In this document: piece by piece, positions 53,030-62,772 of the stretch
How positions within the stretch are numbered: position 1 is the first letter of the stretch
How the letters are laid out: each line of letters starts with the position of its first letter
NCBI GenBank assembly: GCA_037445735.1
Contig: JBBIJY010000013.1
Location: forward strand, 20,478-84,477
DNA length: 64,000 nucleotides
Direction of reading: 5' to 3'
From: Armatimonadota bacterium
GTDB taxonomy: Bacteria > Armatimonadota > Fimbriimonadia > Fimbriimonadales > GBS-DC
Program-made: the position numbers and the translations under genes
Notes under the pieces: model-generated
What the model was told of the DNA's origin: nothing
Seen by the model: only the letters and a program-made list of their open reading frames with translations
Database searches by the model: none

Positions 53030-53965
53030 TCAGGCGCGGCGACGGCGCAGGGCGAACAGCCCCATCAGACCCGTGCCCAGCGCGATCAGCGAGGCTGGCT
53101 CCGGCACCACCACATAGAAGAACTGATCGCCCGCGATGTTGCCGAAGTTCACATTACGCGGCTCACCCAGATTACCGCCACCGCCAATGCCCGCCAGCAC
53201 CTGATTGGACACGAAGTCGTGCCCCGCGCCGTTAATAAAGGCGCTGACCTTGATGATGGTGGCACCCGTGATGCCAAGCGCGCTGAAGGGGATTGCCAGC
53301 TCCACGCCGGTGGTCACCAGCGCGCCGTTGCCCGATGCCAGCCCCGTACCCGCTTCCACACCCCCTGTGTTGCTGTTGTTGATGGTGACGCGGATGGCGG
53401 GCGCACCAGCCTGTCCGCCAGTCAGGACGCCGTTGGAGGCAGCCCCTGTCTGACCCAGATAGTAGCCCGGGCCACCACCGCTGGTGAACAACACCGCATA
53501 GTTCGCATAGAGCTGATAGGGATTACCACCGCCCGTAACCCCGATCCAGTAGTCCGCTTCAAAGCCGGAATCAAACCGCAACCCGTTGCCGCTGCCATCA
53601 TCACCCATGCGGTTCAAACCGTTGAAATCCACATTCGAGTTATCCCCGCGCAGGCGATTCTGCCCGCCAGCAACCGTGTCAAAGAAAATTTCCAGCTTGT
53701 TGAAGTTCGATTCCAGGTTGCCCGCGAGGAACAGGTACAGCACCTGATTGCTCATATCGGCATACGAGTAGGCGGCGTCCAGCTCGGAGCCGTTCGCAAA
53801 GCCCACCTGTCCAAGATTGCTATCGCCGAACCCGGTCTGCGTGTTCTGCACAACGATTAACCCATAGATCGAGTCGCGTGTGCCGTCGATTGTGGGCTGG
53901 GCAAAGGCAGCAAGCGCCATCATAGACAGCCCTGCCACAATGCTCCACTTCATCGATCGTCTCAT
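53030..53965 (-). CDS. PEP-CTERM sorting-domain surface protein
   Basis: Signal peptide; Gly/Asn-rich body; ends 'VPEPASLIALGTGLMGLFALRRRRA'; AGGAGG RBS. Confidence 0.93.
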   Translation of the reverse strand: MRRSMKWSIVAGLSMMALAAFAQPTIDGTRDSIYGLIVVQNTQTGFGDSNLGQVGFANGSELDAAYSYADMSNQVLYLFLAGNLESNFNKLEIFFDTVAGGQNRLRGDNSNVDFNGLNRMGDDGSGNGLRFDSGFEADYWIGVTGGGNPYQLYANYAVLFTSGGGPGYYLGQTGAASNGVLTGGQAGAPAIRVTINNSNTGGVEAGTGLASGNGALVTTGVELAIPFSALGITGATIIKVSAFINGAGHDFVSNQVLAGIGGGGNLGEPRNVNFGNIAGDQFFYVVVPEPASLIALGTGLMGLFALRRRRA

Positions 53966-54122
53966 CGCTTTCATCCTCCTGCTGTTGTTAATGGGTGCAG
54001 GGGGAGCGAGACCACTCGTCCCCAGCGGGCGAGAATACGAATTCTCGCCGAATCCCCCACAGGCGTGGGGGATAAAACAGGGCGAAAGAGAGACATTCAG
54101 CAGCGCAGCGATCCTCGCCTCT

Positions 54123-54151
54123 ATTATAGCACATCCCGACACGAAATGCAA
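54123..54151 (-). promoter_or_regulatory. Near-consensus sigma-70 promoter of the PEP-CTERM gene
   Basis: Minus strand TTGCAT-17 nt-TATAAT with an extended TGn -10. Confidence 0.75.
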
Positions 54152-54215
54152 GGGGTTTGGTGAAATCAGGTATTTTTGCGGGGTGCTGTAGCACGGGCAT
54201 CCTGCCCGAATCTGG

Positions 54216-54659
54216 CTAATCCTGCCGTGTGAGTAGGGAATGCAGCGCCTCCAGCGCAAGGATGTAGCTGTGCGCGCCGAAGCCGCTGATCTGCCCCACA
54301 CACACGGGCGCAATCACCGAATGGCGGCGGAACTCCTCGCGAGCATAGATGTTGGTCAGATGCACTTCAACGGTGGGTATTTGCACAGCGGCGATGGCAT
54401 CGCGCAGGGCATAGCTGGTGTGGGTCAGTGCGCCCGCATTGATGATAACCCCCTGCACACGCCCTCGCGCCTGATGAAGGGTGTCAATCAGCACGCCTTC
54501 GTGATTGGACTGCACATGCTCGATCTCCATCTGGAGTGTGGCGGCGTGCTGGCGCAGCTGGTCAACAATCTGCTCCAGCGTCGCGGTGCCATACAGATGC
54601 GGTTCCCGCTCGCCCAGCAGATTGAGATTCGGACCGTTCAGCACCAGCACGCGCCACAT
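54216..54659 (-). CDS. aroQ: Type II 3-dehydroquinate dehydratase
   Basis: '[16 protein letters not shown]', 'QSNHEG', 'NAGALTHTS', 'EVHLTN..REEFR'. Confidence 0.96.
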   Translation of the reverse strand: MWRVLVLNGPNLNLLGEREPHLYGTATLEQIVDQLRQHAATLQMEIEHVQSNHEGVLIDTLHQARGRVQGVIINAGALTHTSYALRDAIAAVQIPTVEVHLTNIYAREEFRRHSVIAPVCVGQISGFGAHSYILALEALHSLLTRQD

Positions 54660-54664
54660 GGTTC

Positions 54665-55300
54665 TCAGCGGATGTATTTATCGGGGTCGCTGAGCGCCTT
54701 TTTGCGGCAGCTGGTACAGCAGAAGTAGACTTTGCGCCCTTTGATTTCCGCCCAGATGTCCTTGTTCACGGGTTCGCCACTGACGGGGCAGGTGTTGATG
54801 CCGTCGCCCTTACCCAGGAACTCCTTCTGTGGGGCGGGTTGGGGCTGTGGGGCAGGCTGTGCTGGCGCAGGGGTCGGCTGTTGTTGCTGCATTCGCTGCT
54901 GCTCGTCGGCATACTGGTGGAGCAGGGGCACCATCGTGGCATCGTTGCTGGTCGCCACGAGGATACCGCCCCGTCTGGTCTTCACAATCTCCCAGTCGAG
55001 CGAGCGCAGCACCCCGCGTTGCATCTGGCACTGGCTGCAGACGGTGATGCTCTCGTCGCGCATGGCTTTCGCCAGCTCATCGAGCTGTTTCTGGAGGGCT
55101 TTGCCCTCTTCCTCGTTGCGCCCCTGCACGACCCACATGATGCCGTTGTGGATTTTCACCCAGTCGGCAGGCTGTTTCGCGCTGGTGAGAATCTTGCTGA
55201 TCTCGTTGCGTGCAGCGCAGGAGGGGCACTGCATCGCCTCCTGTGCAACGACCGCGCTCAGCGTCAATAGCACTCCGACCCAGATGGCTGTTCGTCTCAT
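54665..55300 (-). CDS. Exported YHS/TRASH-domain protein
   Basis: Signal peptide; CPSC and CSQC; Pro/Gln linker; '[16 protein letters not shown]'. Confidence 0.8.
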   Translation of the reverse strand: MRRTAIWVGVLLTLSAVVAQEAMQCPSCAARNEISKILTSAKQPADWVKIHNGIMWVVQGRNEEEGKALQKQLDELAKAMRDESITVCSQCQMQRGVLRSLDWEIVKTRRGGILVATSNDATMVPLLHQYADEQQRMQQQQPTPAPAQPAPQPQPAPQKEFLGKGDGINTCPVSGEPVNKDIWAEIKGRKVYFCCTSCRKKALSDPDKYIR

Positions 55301-55498
55301 AGCGTATACCCTCCACGCTCGTTTCAATCCTCACCCGCCTGTGGAAGCGGGTGCTGTCTCTTAAGAACATTCGAGCGCGCCCTTTGGTTCCCTGCCGAAA
55401 GGTCGTCGGGCAGAACGGGAGCCAGGTGTTGCATTTTTCCGCAAATTTCTGAAGTTCGCGCCCTCCTGGTGTATAGTGAAGGTATGGAGGCAACTATC

Positions 55499-57316
55499 AT
55501 GCAACGGACAGTGCAATGGCACAGTTCAGCGCGCCGCCTCGCGAGCGCGCTCGTATGGACGCTTATCGGCTCTTCAACCCTCTCCGCCCAGCTGAACCTG
55601 CCCTACACAGGGTCCGGCAACAACAGCACCTATCTCTTCCAGCTCACCCAGAACGGCACGGGCGCCGCCATCAAGCTCTTCCTTGCCAATAGCAGCGCCA
55701 CCCAGCCTGCGCTCTTCGTGCAAACGGTCGCTCCAGGACCCACCATCTTCGGCAGGTCGCTGGCGACCAGTGGCTTTACCTATGGGGCGCGGTTTGAGGC
55801 GCAGGGTCCGCAGGCGCGCGGGGTGCTGGGCTATGCGCTCTCCACGACAGGCGCCTCGTTTGGCGTGTACGGGTTGAGCGACAGTGTGGCGGGCACGGGT
55901 GTATTCGGCTGGGCGCGCGCGACCAGTGGCACGACCTACGGGGTGTACGGGCAGGTTTCGAGTCCGAATGGTTATGCGGGCTACTTTGTGGGTCGTGGCT
56001 ACTTCTCCGGGAATGTGGGGATAGGCACGAGCAGTCCCAGCGCGAAGCTGCATGTGCAGGGAACCGCCTACTTCAACGGCAATGTCGGGATAGGCACGGG
56101 CAGTCCGTCGGTGCGCCTGTCGCTGGGGGGCGATAACGCCAACACCAAGCTTGCGATCTGGGATGGGGGCACATCCGGCGTGATGGGCTTTGGCGTGGGA
56201 CCCGCGCAGTTTCGCATTCATCTCAACAACTCCGGCGACCGCTTCTCGTTTCTGAACGCGCCGAATGGGACTGAGATCGTGACCATTCGGGGCAGCGGGA
56301 ATGTGGGGATAGGCACAAGCAGTCCCAGCGCGAAACTGCACCTCGTGAACGGCAACCTGCGGGTGGACGGTGGCGAGTTTCAAAGTTGGGGTCCGATTAC
56401 CCTGCATCCCGATGTGGACAACACGGGCGATGATGTGGTGCGGTTTGTAGACAGCACTGGCAACGAAACAATGCGGGTCCAGTCAGATGGTAAAGTCGGG
56501 ATTGGCACCAGTGAACCACAGGCTCGCTTGCATGGGCAGGGCGACGGCGTTTTCACTGGAGGAGTCTCGCTGAGCGGCAGCCGTTTCGGTTATACACTGT
56601 TTGCCGCAGACAGCGACAATGTTATTGCTAAGATTGTCAACCTTTCGACCACTGCAGACCCATCCTACACGCTCTTTGTTGAAAACCGGAGCCCGGGCGG
56701 TACAGTCATCCACGGTTTGGCGTTCTACGGTGGTATCGCCGTCAGTGGTTTCTCTACAAGCGCCGATAATAGCATCGGAGTTCGCGGTGAAGCGTCTGGC
56801 TACAACAGCTACGGTGTGTACTGTGTAGGTGCGTTCGCTGTTACGGGCAACAAGAGTTTTCAGATTGACCATCCACTCAGCCCCGAAACCCACTTCCTCA
56901 ATCACTTCTGCACGGAGGCGCCCGAGCCACTGAATGCCTATTCGGGCAATGTGGTCACGGACGCACAGGGGTATGCAGTGGTGCAGCTGCCCGATTACTT
57001 CGAAGCCATCAACCGCGACTTCCGCTATCAGTTGACTGTCATTGGTCAGTTCGCACAGGCAATCGTTGCTGAAGAAATCCGCGGCAACCGCTTCGTTATT
57101 CGCACCGATAAACCCCATGTGAAAGTCTCATGGCGGGTGGAGGCTACTCGAAATGACCCATGGGTTCAGCGGTGCGGGTTCCAGACGGAGCAGGAGAAGC
57201 CAAAGGAATATCAGGGCAAGTATTTGCACCCGGAGTTATACGGTCAGCCTAAAGAGCGTGGCATCTTTCATTACCTGCAGCTGGAACCTTCTCCGGCGGA
57301 ACCGACCCGACCCTGA
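55499..57316 (+). CDS. Secreted fibre/adhesin-like protein with G(N/K)VGIGT repeats
   Basis: GGAGG RBS; signal peptide; Gly-rich G-V-x-G repeats; four G(N/K)VGIGTxxP units; C-terminal 'KSFQIDHPL..LNHFCTEAPE..LPDYF..YQLT'. Confidence 0.75.
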   Translation: MQRTVQWHSSARRLASALVWTLIGSSTLSAQLNLPYTGSGNNSTYLFQLTQNGTGAAIKLFLANSSATQPALFVQTVAPGPTIFGRSLATSGFTYGARFEAQGPQARGVLGYALSTTGASFGVYGLSDSVAGTGVFGWARATSGTTYGVYGQVSSPNGYAGYFVGRGYFSGNVGIGTSSPSAKLHVQGTAYFNGNVGIGTGSPSVRLSLGGDNANTKLAIWDGGTSGVMGFGVGPAQFRIHLNNSGDRFSFLNAPNGTEIVTIRGSGNVGIGTSSPSAKLHLVNGNLRVDGGEFQSWGPITLHPDVDNTGDDVVRFVDSTGNETMRVQSDGKVGIGTSEPQARLHGQGDGVFTGGVSLSGSRFGYTLFAADSDNVIAKIVNLSTTADPSYTLFVENRSPGGTVIHGLAFYGGIAVSGFSTSADNSIGVRGEASGYNSYGVYCVGAFAVTGNKSFQIDHPLSPETHFLNHFCTEAPEPLNAYSGNVVTDAQGYAVVQLPDYFEAINRDFRYQLTVIGQFAQAIVAEEIRGNRFVIRTDKPHVKVSWRVEATRNDPWVQRCGFQTEQEKPKEYQGKYLHPELYGQPKERGIFHYLQLEPSPAEPTRP

Positions 57317-57333
57317 GCCGCTGTTGCCTGAAC

Positions 57334-57365
57334 TGTTTCTCTCCCCATATCTGGGGAGAGAAACA
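57334..57365. terminator. Perfect 14-bp hairpin
   Basis: TGTTTCTCTCCCCA-TATC-TGGGGAGAGAAACA after the stop codon. Confidence 0.6.
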
Positions 57366-57427
57366 CCCCCATGCGCCCCTCCGGGAACAGCTATCCAGAA
57401 GGGTACCTGCGGTATAATATCCACAGC

Positions 57428-58810
57428 ATGCCGCGCTACAAGATTCTGACCTGGGGCTGCCAGATGAATGAGGAGGACTCGGAGCAGATGGCGCTCTACC
57501 TGCAGGAGCGGGGCTATCAGCCTGCCGACCGCCTGGAGGACGCCGATGTGATTCTGCTCAACACCTGCTCCGTGCGCCGCAAGCCCGAAGACAAGGTGTT
57601 CAGCACGCTGGGGCAGCTGCGCAAGCTCAAAGCCCGCAAGCCGAACCTGATAATCGGCGTGTGCGGCTGTATGGCGCAACTGCGGGCAGAGGAGATCAAA
57701 CAGCGCGCGCCCCATGTCGATATGATTGTCGGCACGGCGCATGTGTCCCAGGTCGGCAATCTGCTGGAGGAGGTTCTGCAGCGGCGGCGGCTGGCGATGC
57801 GCCTCGAACTGCCACCCCGCAAGGGCGCCATCGTCACCGACATCCCCCAGCGCAAAATCGACCGCGCCCCCAAGCTCAAAGCCTATGTGCCGATCCAGTA
57901 CGGCTGCGATAAGTTCTGCACCTTCTGCATCGTGCCCCTCACGCGCGGGCGCGAGCGCAGCCGACCCACACAGGATATCCTCGACGAGATCAAACGCCTC
58001 GCTGATCTCGGCACCAGAGAGGTCATTCTGCTTGGTCAAACCGTCAACTCCTACGGCAAGAACCTGCTGGAGGGGCGTGTGCCGTTCGCGCGACTGCTCC
58101 AGCTCATCAACGATATCCCGGGCATCGAGCGTATCCGATTCACCTCGCCCTATCCGCGCGATTTTCGGGACGACCTGATCAATGCGATTGCTGAGCTGCC
58201 CAAAGTGATGGAGCATGTGCATCTGCCGCTGCAATCGGGTGATAACGATATTCTGAGGGCGATGCGACGGCTCTACACCGTCGAACAGTTCGAGGAGATT
58301 GTCCACAAGCTGCGCGAGCGCGTGCCCAGTATTGCCATCACCACCGACATTATCGTGGGCTTTCCGGGCGAGACCGAGGAGCAGTTCGAACACACGCTGG
58401 AGGTGGTGGAGCGCCTTAGGTTCGACGGCGCGTTCATGTTCGCATTCAGCCCGCGACCGGGCACGCCCGCCGCGCAGATGGAGAACCAGATTCCACGCGC
58501 GGTCAAGCAGGAACGCCTTCAGCGGTTGATTGAGCTGCAGAATCGCATCACCTGCGAAATCAACGCTTCGCAGGTGGGGCGCGTATTCGAGGTGCTGGTG
58601 GAGGGATCCAGCCAGAAGGACCCGACGAAGCTGGCGGGCTTTACCCGTGAGAACAAGATGATGCACTTCCCGGGACCGCGCGAGCTGATCGGGCAGCTGG
58701 TGCAGGTGCGGGCGGACGAGGCGCACCTGTGGGGCTTCTACGGCACGGTCATCGCGGCGCAGGGGATAACCAGCCACGCGGAGCTGCTCGCAACCGCATC
58801 GCTCACTTGA
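57428..58810 (+). CDS. miaB: tRNA-2-methylthio-N6-isopentenyladenosine synthase MiaB
   Basis: 'TWGCQMN..DSE', 'NTCSVR', 'GCMAQ', radical SAM 'GCDKFCTFC', TRAM domain. Confidence 0.96.
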   Translation: MPRYKILTWGCQMNEEDSEQMALYLQERGYQPADRLEDADVILLNTCSVRRKPEDKVFSTLGQLRKLKARKPNLIIGVCGCMAQLRAEEIKQRAPHVDMIVGTAHVSQVGNLLEEVLQRRRLAMRLELPPRKGAIVTDIPQRKIDRAPKLKAYVPIQYGCDKFCTFCIVPLTRGRERSRPTQDILDEIKRLADLGTREVILLGQTVNSYGKNLLEGRVPFARLLQLINDIPGIERIRFTSPYPRDFRDDLINAIAELPKVMEHVHLPLQSGDNDILRAMRRLYTVEQFEEIVHKLRERVPSIAITTDIIVGFPGETEEQFEHTLEVVERLRFDGAFMFAFSPRPGTPAAQMENQIPRAVKQERLQRLIELQNRITCEINASQVGRVFEVLVEGSSQKDPTKLAGFTRENKMMHFPGPRELIGQLVQVRADEAHLWGFYGTVIAAQGITSHAELLATASLT

Positions 58811-59507
58811 GGTGAGTTGCCTGCCAGCTGTTGCGCACGCCTGCGATGGCAATCAGCACATCGCGCAGCTGGCGGGCACGGTGCAGGAAGCCCTTCAGCG
58901 AGCGACCGTGTGCGCGATGCTCGAACGGCGTCTCCACCTCCAGGATTCGGGCGCCCTGTCGGCAGGCGTCCAGCGTCAGCCCCAGCTCCAGCCCGTAGCC
59001 GGGCGCGAAGCCGCGCAGGCGCATCAGCAGCTCGCGTGCGATGGCTCGCTGACCGCTGAGCGGCGCGCGAAAGTGCCTGCCCGTGCGCAGTTTGAGATAG
59101 AGCCGTGCCAGCCGTACCGCCGTGCCGAAGCCGCCCGTGCGACCTGCGGGCGGCAGCACGCCAATCGTCATGTCGGCATAGCGCAGCAGCACGGGCGTGA
59201 TCAGCCGCGTGGCATAGCGGGCGGTGGCGCCCAGATCGGCGTCCAGAAAGAGGTAAGTTTCGGCATCGAGGAGTTGCCAGCCGAGCCAGAGTGCGTCGCC
59301 CTTGCTGCCCGTGCGTGGCAGATACGCGCTGACTGGAACCACCTGCGCCCCTGCCTGCGACGCCCGCTGCGCGGTGTCGTCCGTGCTGCCGTCGTCCAGC
59401 ACGAGGATAGGCGCGTCGGGCAGCGCGTCGCGCAGGGTGCGCACCGTTTGCCCCACACAATCGCCCTCATTTCGAGCGGGGATCAGGATGGCGACGCGCG
59501 ATTTCAC
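58803..59507 (-). CDS. Glycosyltransferase family 2
   Basis: 'IPARNE', 'DDGSTDDT', 'FLDADL', 'PLSGQRA'; GTGA-coupled to the upstream gene. Confidence 0.88.
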   Translation of the reverse strand: MKSRVAILIPARNEGDCVGQTVRTLRDALPDAPILVLDDGSTDDTAQRASQAGAQVVPVSAYLPRTGSKGDALWLGWQLLDAETYLFLDADLGATARYATRLITPVLLRYADMTIGVLPPAGRTGGFGTAVRLARLYLKLRTGRHFRAPLSGQRAIARELLMRLRGFAPGYGLELGLTLDACRQGARILEVETPFEHRAHGRSLKGFLHRARQLRDVLIAIAGVRNSWQATHLK

Positions 59508-60352
59508 GGCGCTCGCTCCAGCAGGGTATCGGGGACAGCAGCATCGGCGGTGGGCTTCAAGCCGTAGGTGCCCGATTCGCCATGCAGCAGCGCCATCAGT
59601 GCGCCCTTGCCCAGCGCCAGATCGACGCAGTCGACGCTGGGCACATCGGCTGCCTTGCACAGCGGGATAATCGAAAGGCGCGTGGCAAAAGCCTCACAGG
59701 CGACCAGGCGCGGGGTTGGCGACGCCCGATGGAGCGCCGACTGCAGCGCCGCAATCAGCTCGCTGTCCGTCTGCAGCCATTCGTCGCTCGCGTCGCGGCG
59801 GATGTAGCCACCCACCCATACAATCATATCGGGCGCGCGTGTGTAATCGCCCGACAGGCTGAACCCGTCGCGCCGTCGCAGCGCGGTCAGCACGCTCGCG
59901 GTTGCCCCCCCACCGAACAGCTCAGGCAGGTTGTTCAGAATAATCCTGCGCTCTTCGGGGTCTGCCTGCGCCCATTCGATGCGAATCGTGCCTGTGAGTT
60001 CCGCGCCGGCGTCGGTGAGGAGCTGTTCGACGCCCTGCGCCACACTGCGCTCGTCGGTCGTGATGAGCAGCGCCACGCGCCGACCCTTCAAGCGCTGGGG
60101 CATCGTGGCAGGCAGCAGCCGCGCCAGCACGCTATCGGTGCGCATCAGTGCCTGACGCAACAGGTCGCGCTCCGCTTCGGTCTCCCGCAACTCGGCGGTG
60201 CGCTGCGCCAGCTGCTCGTCGAGCCGCCTGAGCTGGGCGGCTATCTGGTCGGGCACCGCAGGCGACAGATAGAGACCGCCAATCAGCAAGCCGACCGCAA
60301 GCCCCAGCAGCACCGCTGATAAACTGGCTACATGGTATCGCCAATCGCTCAT
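59504..60352 (-). CDS. MctB/SteB-like (DUF3186) protein
   Basis: '[23 protein letters not shown]', coiled coil, 'SVDCVD..G', 'YGLKPTA'. Confidence 0.82.
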   Translation of the reverse strand: MSDWRYHVASLSAVLLGLAVGLLIGGLYLSPAVPDQIAAQLRRLDEQLAQRTAELRETEAERDLLRQALMRTDSVLARLLPATMPQRLKGRRVALLITTDERSVAQGVEQLLTDAGAELTGTIRIEWAQADPEERRIILNNLPELFGGGATASVLTALRRRDGFSLSGDYTRAPDMIVWVGGYIRRDASDEWLQTDSELIAALQSALHRASPTPRLVACEAFATRLSIIPLCKAADVPSVDCVDLALGKGALMALLHGESGTYGLKPTADAAVPDTLLERAP

Positions 60353-60413
60353 GGTCAACTCCCCAATCTGCTGGAGACTCTTTTACCCGACGGCGGGTAT
60401 ACTGTTTGTGAGG

Positions 60414-61193
60414 ATGGACGATCCGCTGGTCATTGCCGGGAGAAGTTTCCGTTCACGCCTGATGGTGGGCACGGGCAAATATCCCGACACCGAAACGATG
60501 TTGCGGGCGATTGAGGCGTCGGGCGCCGAGATTATCACCGTCGCGTTGCGTCGCATCGATCTGGACGCGCCCAAACGCTCCATTCTGGACGACATCGACT
60601 GGAGCCGCTACCAGATTCTGCCCAACACGGCGGGCTGTCGCACGGCGGAGGAAGCAATCCGCGTCGCCCGCCTCGCCCGCGCGATGGGCTTGAGCGACTG
60701 GATCAAGGTGGAGGTCGTGCCTGACCCCAAATATCTGCTGCCCGACCCGATTGGCACCTTCGAAGCGTGCAGGGTGCTGGTGCAGGAGGGCTTCGTGGTG
60801 CTGCCCTACATCAACGACGACCCCGTGCTGGCGAAACAGCTGGAGGAGATTGGCTGCGCGACGGTGATGCCGCTCGCTGCGCCGATAGGCACCGGGCAGG
60901 GCTTCGAGGTGAACTTCGAGCAGATTCGGATTATTGTGGAGCAGGCGCGGGTGCCCGTGGTGGTCGATGCGGGGCTGGGCGCGCCCTCCGACGCCGCCCT
61001 GGCAATGGAAATCGGCTGCGACGCCGTGCTGGTCAACACCGCGATTGCGAAGGCGAAAGACCCCGTGCTGATGGCGGAAGCGTTCCGACTGGGCGTGGAA
61101 GCGGGACGCAAGGCGTTCCTGGCGGGGCGAATCCCCAAACTGCCCTACGCTTCGGCGTCCAGCCCGCTCGAAGGCGTGGTGCGCGACTCATGA
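60414..61193 (+). CDS. thiG: Thiazole synthase
   Basis: '[10 protein letters not shown]', 'LPNTAGC', 'WIKVEV', 'MPLAAPIG', 'DAGLG', 'NTAIA'. Confidence 0.96.
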   Translation: MDDPLVIAGRSFRSRLMVGTGKYPDTETMLRAIEASGAEIITVALRRIDLDAPKRSILDDIDWSRYQILPNTAGCRTAEEAIRVARLARAMGLSDWIKVEVVPDPKYLLPDPIGTFEACRVLVQEGFVVLPYINDDPVLAKQLEEIGCATVMPLAAPIGTGQGFEVNFEQIRIIVEQARVPVVVDAGLGAPSDAALAMEIGCDAVLVNTAIAKAKDPVLMAEAFRLGVEAGRKAFLAGRIPKLPYASASSPLEGVVRDS

Positions 61194-61813
61194 GGCACAT
61201 CCCTGCGCGCGTGCTGATGTTCATTCTGAACCACGCGCCGACCACCAATGTGGAGCATGCCCTGCACCTCGCTGAATCGGCGCTGCGTGGCGGAGTCAAC
61301 TGGCTGATGCTGCGCGTGCGGGATCTGCCCGCCACCGCCTGCGTGGACTTCGCGCTGACGCTGCGCCGTCTCACCGAGCAGCATGGCGCACTGTTCGGCG
61401 TCAATCCCTACCCTGCGCTCGCTGTGTGGAGCCGCGCGGACGCCCTGCACCTGCCCGAAACAGCCGCTTATCACCCTGCGCCTGCGGGCGCGCTGCTGGG
61501 TCGCTCCGTGCATAGCGTGGCGGCGGCGCAACGCGCGGCTGACGAAGGCTGCGACTATCTGCTGGTGGGCACCATCTACCCGACGGCAAGCCATCCCGAT
61601 AAGCCCGCCCAAGGCATCGAGCTGCTGAAGGCGGTGCGGATGGCATCAGCGTTGCCGCTGATTGCGATCGGCGGCGTCACACCAGAGCGTGTGGCGGAGT
61701 GCCTGCAGGCGGGCGCGTGCGGTGTGGCGGTCATCTCCGGTATCGCAGACGCCCCTGACCCCGAAGCCGCTGCCCGACGCTACCACGACGCGCTGACCAG
61801 CACGCAGGTATAA
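61190..61813 (+). CDS. thiE: Thiamine-phosphate synthase (ThiE/TenI family)
   Basis: 'ADALHL', 'GRSVHS', 'IYPTASH', 'AIGGVT', 'GVAVIS'; ATGA-coupled to thiG; could be TenI-like. Confidence 0.75.
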   Translation: MRHIPARVLMFILNHAPTTNVEHALHLAESALRGGVNWLMLRVRDLPATACVDFALTLRRLTEQHGALFGVNPYPALAVWSRADALHLPETAAYHPAPAGALLGRSVHSVAAAQRAADEGCDYLLVGTIYPTASHPDKPAQGIELLKAVRMASALPLIAIGGVTPERVAECLQAGACGVAVISGIADAPDPEAAARRYHDALTSTQV

Positions 61814-61820
61814 TCGCTAC

Positions 61821-62666
61821 ATGCTGGAGCTGGAGCCAGCCGCGATAGAGATAGCGATCGAGCGGGCGCTGCAGGAGGATGTGGGCGCCTGCGACTGGAC
61901 GACCCACGCGCTGATCCCACCGGAAATGCGCTCGGAAGGCGCGATCCTGGCACAGGCGGAGGGCGTGCTGTGCGGCGTGGCGATTGCCCGGCGCGTGTTC
62001 GAGCGGCTGGACACCACGATAGAGTTCCCCGAATCGCTCGCGGATGGCGCGTGGCTGACGGTGGGACGCTGTGTGCTGCGCCTGCGCGGCGCCACCCGCG
62101 CGATTTTGACCGCCGAGCGCACCGCGCTCAACTTCCTGCAGCACCTGTCAGGCATCGCCACCCTCACGCGCCAGTTCGTGCAGGCGATTGAAGGCACGGG
62201 TGCGCGGATTGCCGACACGCGCAAGACCACGCCAGGCTTGCGCCTGCTGGAAAAGTATGCTGTGCGTGTCGGCGGCGGTGTCAACCACCGAATCGGGCTG
62301 TACGACGGCATCCTGATCAAAGACAATCATCTGCGGGCGCTGGGAGGCGATATTCGGGAGGCGGTGCGCCGCGCCCGCGCGAACGCACCTCACATGCTCA
62401 TGGTGGAGGTGGAGTGCGCCACGCTTGCCGAGGTGGAGCAGGCGATTGCGGCAGGCGCCGACGCCATCCTGCTGGACAATATGACGCTGGAGCAGCTGCG
62501 CGAGGCAGTGCGCATCGCGAAAGGGCGCGTGCGCCTGATTGAAGCCTCTGGCGGCGTGAACCTTCAAACCGTGCGCGCGATCGCCGAAACGGGCGTGGAC
62601 CTGATCTCCGTCGGCGCCATCACCCACTCCGCGCCCAGCCTGCCGATGCACCTGGAGTTTGCATGA
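61821..62666 (+). CDS. nadC: Quinolinate phosphoribosyltransferase
   Basis: 'ERTALN', 'DTRKTTPG', 'NHR..D..LIKDNH', 'LLDNM', 'EASGG'. Confidence 0.96.
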   Translation: MLELEPAAIEIAIERALQEDVGACDWTTHALIPPEMRSEGAILAQAEGVLCGVAIARRVFERLDTTIEFPESLADGAWLTVGRCVLRLRGATRAILTAERTALNFLQHLSGIATLTRQFVQAIEGTGARIADTRKTTPGLRLLEKYAVRVGGGVNHRIGLYDGILIKDNHLRALGGDIREAVRRARANAPHMLMVEVECATLAEVEQAIAAGADAILLDNMTLEQLREAVRIAKGRVRLIEASGGVNLQTVRAIAETGVDLISVGAITHSAPSLPMHLEFA

Positions 62667-62679
62667 GATTCCACAACCT

Positions 62680-62760
62680 CCTCTGGGGAGAGGGTACGGG
62701 TGAGGGAGAAACAGCGCATAAACTCCCTCTCCCCTCTGGGGAGAGGGTATGGGTGAGGGG
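62680..62760. repeat. Two tandem REP-like units
   Basis: CCTCTGGGGAGAGGGTA(C/T)GGGTGAGGG at 62680-62706 and 62733-62759. Confidence 0.8.
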
Positions 62761-62772
62761 AACATTGTGCGT

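Noticed and set aside
53966-54313. 115-aa extension of the PEP-CTERM ORF
   Set aside because: It overlaps aroQ, the promoter and the leader hairpins; RBS and signal peptide support 53965
60353-60413. TPP riboswitch before thiG
   Set aside because: Only about 60 nt of intergenic sequence, no CTGAGA-containing aptamer, and the -10 box lies 10 nt from the ATG
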